Shown here one piece after another: positions 61,343 to 64,000 of a stretch of 64,000 bases of DNA. How positions within the stretch are numbered: position 1 is the stretch's first letter; every line of letters starts with the position of its first letter. Both the position numbers and the translations under genes were made by a program. A model generated the notes under the pieces. That model did no database searches. It saw only the letters and a list, made by a program, of their open reading frames with translations, and was not told where the DNA came from. The DNA comes from Bacteroidia bacterium (GTDB taxonomy: Bacteria > Bacteroidota > Bacteroidia > M30B66), in contig OZ257142.1 of assembly GCA_965279035.1 (NCBI GenBank), positions 1,568,001-1,632,000 of the forward strand, written 5' to 3'.

Positions 61343-62488
61343 TTAAAAATATCGTTTGGTAGAATGGGTGATATCTCGGAAATAGCTCAAAGGAATATTC
61401 CCATTTAACAAGGTTTTTAGAATTTTCTCCGTCGATTCATCATTACTCATCAAGGTGTAAAATCCTCCATTAAAATGAATATCCACTTTCAATTTCTCCA
61501 AAGCAGAATTCAATTCTTCGCGCGAAGCGACAGTTTCAATTTCCAAAGCAAATCCTATCGCAGGTGCTTCATTTTCGCCTGTTCTAAATAAACACTGACC
61601 TTGTTTTATGAGTAAAACAGTATCAGCAATTTTCTCCACTTCGTGCAATTGTTGGGAGCTTAAAACAATTCCCATGGGGTGATAAACCGATTTCGCCATG
61701 TGACGTAAATCGGTCAATATTGTTTGCTGTGCGTTGATATCGAGATTTGCCAATGGTTCATCCAGAATGAGCAAACTAGGTTTTTGTAATAGGATGCGTG
61801 CAATTTCGAATCGGGTACGATAGCCACTGCTGATGCTATTCCATGTTAGATGTGCATATTCGGATAGATTTAAACGCTCCAACATAAAATCGACCATCAA
61901 CTCATTTTGTCTTCCCGTAATTCCCGAAAGCGAAGCAGAGAAATGCAAATTATCGCGCAGTTTCCCATACCAGCGAGGAATGCGTTGGGGAATAAATGCT
62001 ACATGATGCTTGATATCGTATTCGTCGGGATGATTGAGTTGTGAAAATTCAATCGATCCATCATCCAAAGCTAATTGACCAGCTAAACAACGAAGCAAGG
62101 TGGTTTTCCCATTCCCATTTTCACCAACAACACCCAAAACATCGCTGGTTCTAACTTTCAAGGAAATTGGGTGCAAACTGAAATTACTGCCCGAATACCG
62201 CTTGCTTACTTTTATTGCTTCAACCAGCAATTGTGGTGTTTGACGCGTATTTCCATGCTGTTCATTTAAGTCGTTTAATAATTCATACGCCTTAGATTGA
62301 AAACTTTCGGGAACACCATCGTTCTTAAAATTCTTTTGAAACGTATGGAATTCGCGGCTCCATTCAATCGATTTAACTAAGAGATTTTCATTCCCAGTAT
62401 CGAGGCAGAGATCGAGCATTCTTCTTACTGCCAGTGAATTATCGTTGTGATTGATGTAGGATTTTATTTCCTCTATCCTCTGTTGCAT
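61343..62488 (-). CDS. ABC transporter ATP-binding protein with N-terminal helical extension
   Basis: GENGNGKT, ISSGY, LLILDEP; start reassigned to MQQRIEE. Confidence 0.88.
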   Translation of the reverse strand: MQQRIEEIKSYINHNDNSLAVRRMLDLCLDTGNENLLVKSIEWSREFHTFQKNFKNDGVPESFQSKAYELLNDLNEQHGNTRQTPQLLVEAIKVSKRYSGSNFSLHPISLKVRTSDVLGVVGENGNGKTTLLRCLAGQLALDDGSIEFSQLNHPDEYDIKHHVAFIPQRIPRWYGKLRDNLHFSASLSGITGRQNELMVDFMLERLNLSEYAHLTWNSISSGYRTRFEIARILLQKPSLLILDEPLANLDINAQQTILTDLRHMAKSVYHPMGIVLSSQQLHEVEKIADTVLLIKQGQCLFRTGENEAPAIGFALEIETVASREELNSALEKLKVDIHFNGGFYTLMSNDESTEKILKTLLNGNIPLSYFRDITHSTKRYF

Positions 62489-62618
62489 AAGCGATATTGT
62501 GTGTTTAAAGATGCATATTAATTTGTTTGAATTACGATCTTCATAAAAATCATTTAAACAGAACCTCAAACGATAGCTTGGGAGATTTATTTCTTATTTT
62601 TAGCCAAATTCTAAATGA

Positions 62619-62969
62619 ATGCGCCTAAGATTTCTTTTTGTATTCAGTTGTTTTAGTGTGATTGGGTTTTCACAATCAAACGAAAAAATAATTCGTGTTG
62701 CTGATACTATCACATTTAAAACTAATCAAGCTGAATTCAAGCAGATGCAAAATAAATTCGCTACACATAATGCTATTTTAAGTTGGAATAAAAAATCGTA
62801 TTTATTTGGACTTTTTAAAAGAACTAAAATTCAACTTGAAAGTTCTGCTGGGAAATCCACCATGAAAACTTCTGGAAAAGAAGATCCCAGTGTTGGTTTT
62901 TTGGTTTTTATTGATAATCGCCCTGCTGCTTATCAACGTTTAGGTATTAGCCGAATTAAATTGCAATAA
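62619..62969 (+). CDS. Secreted hypothetical protein
   Basis: Signal peptide GFS-Q. Confidence 0.6.
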   Translation: MRLRFLFVFSCFSVIGFSQSNEKIIRVADTITFKTNQAEFKQMQNKFATHNAILSWNKKSYLFGLFKRTKIQLESSAGKSTMKTSGKEDPSVGFLVFIDNRPAAYQRLGISRIKLQ

Positions 62970-62975
62970 AATAAA

Positions 62976-63512
62976 ATGTCAGAAAACGTGCTCGAAATTC
63001 AAGTTAGTAAAGGAAAAATACTACGGATGATTCTCTTTAGTATTTGCTTTATCGGCATTGGAATTTGGATGATTGCCTATAATCCACAAACAGGCAATCC
63101 CATCATTAATTCGACTGCAGTAAAATTTACTTCAGCATTTTTAAGCGTTTCACTTGGGATACTCGGATTTGTTTTTTTTATGAGGAAGTGGATGGATAAA
63201 CGACCTGTTCTCATTTTCGACAAACAGGGTATTACCGATAATTCAAGCGCCATTGCAGCCGGATTTATTCCTTGGAGTGATATTAATCATGTTAGTGAAA
63301 AGAAAGTTTCGGGACAGTATTTTGTTCTTATCGAAGTTTCCAATCCAGAAACCTATATCGATCGTCAATCAAGTACTTGGAAGAAGAAAGCGATGAGTAC
63401 TAATTGGAAACGATATGGTTCTCCTATCTTTTTTTCTCCCAATATCATGGACATTTCTTTTTCTGATTTAGTGAAAGAAATTAAACTCAGATTGGAAAAT
63501 AATCAACACTAA
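62976..63512 (+). CDS. STM3941-like membrane protein
   Basis: 2 TM then GITDNSS..AAGFIPWSDI, YGSPI. Confidence 0.75.
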   Translation: MSENVLEIQVSKGKILRMILFSICFIGIGIWMIAYNPQTGNPIINSTAVKFTSAFLSVSLGILGFVFFMRKWMDKRPVLIFDKQGITDNSSAIAAGFIPWSDINHVSEKKVSGQYFVLIEVSNPETYIDRQSSTWKKKAMSTNWKRYGSPIFFSPNIMDISFSDLVKEIKLRLENNQH

Positions 63513-63541
63513 ATTCACACTCTACCCTCTAAATAATTCAC

Positions 63542-64000
63542 ATGAAATTTTCGAACAAACCCCTTTTCATTCTTCTCGGAACGGCTTTACTAAGCGTTAA
63601 CCAGCTTTCTGCACAAACAAAATTCAATAAGTTAACTGTTGGTCACGTAATTGATTTTTCTATTCCCGAATACATGGCACGCACTACAGGATTAGCTGAT
63701 GCTGCAATTCTTCAATTCAAATCAGTACCTAAAGATGTGTATGCTTATATCATTGAAGATAGTAAAGCTGAATTAGCTATCGTAGAAATGACTTTTCCTA
63801 CTACGCATGATTTCTTCGATTTTATCATCAAAGATTTCTTGAAAGATGAAGAAAAACGGTCGATTGGTAAAGAAACCGAAGTCACAAAAGACGGAGTGAA
63901 ATATGTGCAATGCGATGCAACGTATTATGATAAACAAGCCGAAGGTGAAATTTATTATTGTGTAACGATTGCAGAAATTGATGGATATTTTTATCAGATA
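63542..64000 (+). CDS. Secreted hypothetical protein (partial, runs off window end)
   Basis: Not in track; MKFSNKPLFILLGTALLSVNQLSAQTKF... open to the end of the window. Confidence 0.7.
   Translation, partial: MKFSNKPLFILLGTALLSVNQLSAQTKFNKLTVGHVIDFSIPEYMARTTGLADAAILQFKSVPKDVYAYIIEDSKAELAIVEMTFPTTHDFFDFIIKDFLKDEEKRSIGKETEVTKDGVKYVQCDATYYDKQAEGEIYYCVTIAEIDGYFYQI

Noticed and set aside
1-64000. tRNA/rRNA genes
   Set aside because: No cloverleaf or rRNA-like segments recognised by eye; a tRNAscan/barrnap run would be decisive

Overview
64-kb chromosomal window from a Bacteroidota bacterium, judged by T9SS C-terminal sorting domains, Gln-rule signal peptides, TAnnTTTG promoters and a CxxxY-type CcmE. 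The first ~36 kb is mostly core genome: nnr, coaE, YbbR-yajC-DUF1573, maf, UbiA-family, kdsC, ccmCDEF, a MoxR/DUF58/DUF4350/DUF4129/SpoIIM/RDD cluster, a TonB receptor, amn, holA and EVE, with small AT-rich insertions. From ~36.6 kb the window is AT-rich and accessory: a CheR-CheB-hybrid kinase-REC/PP2C signalling operon, a propeller-PP2C sensor, T9SS cargo genes, an intact IS4-family element (20-bp TIR, 9-bp TSD), a nonsense-broken T9SS gene, VOC/Crp/hydrolase genes and an atypical ABC cluster. Most notable: (1) two diverged copies (~5.3 kb and ~51.9 kb) of an unannotated ~250-nt non-coding element with three compensatory base-pair changes and a pseudoknot, one copy enclosed in inverted repeats; (2) an AT-rich DUF2188 + TIR/NDT-like two-gene cassette, a candidate defence or toxin-antitoxin module; (3) a CheR/CheB module without CheA or MCP whose output phosphatase has a recently expanded 21-aa coiled-coil repeat. 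All product calls come from motif recognition by eye, with no database searches.
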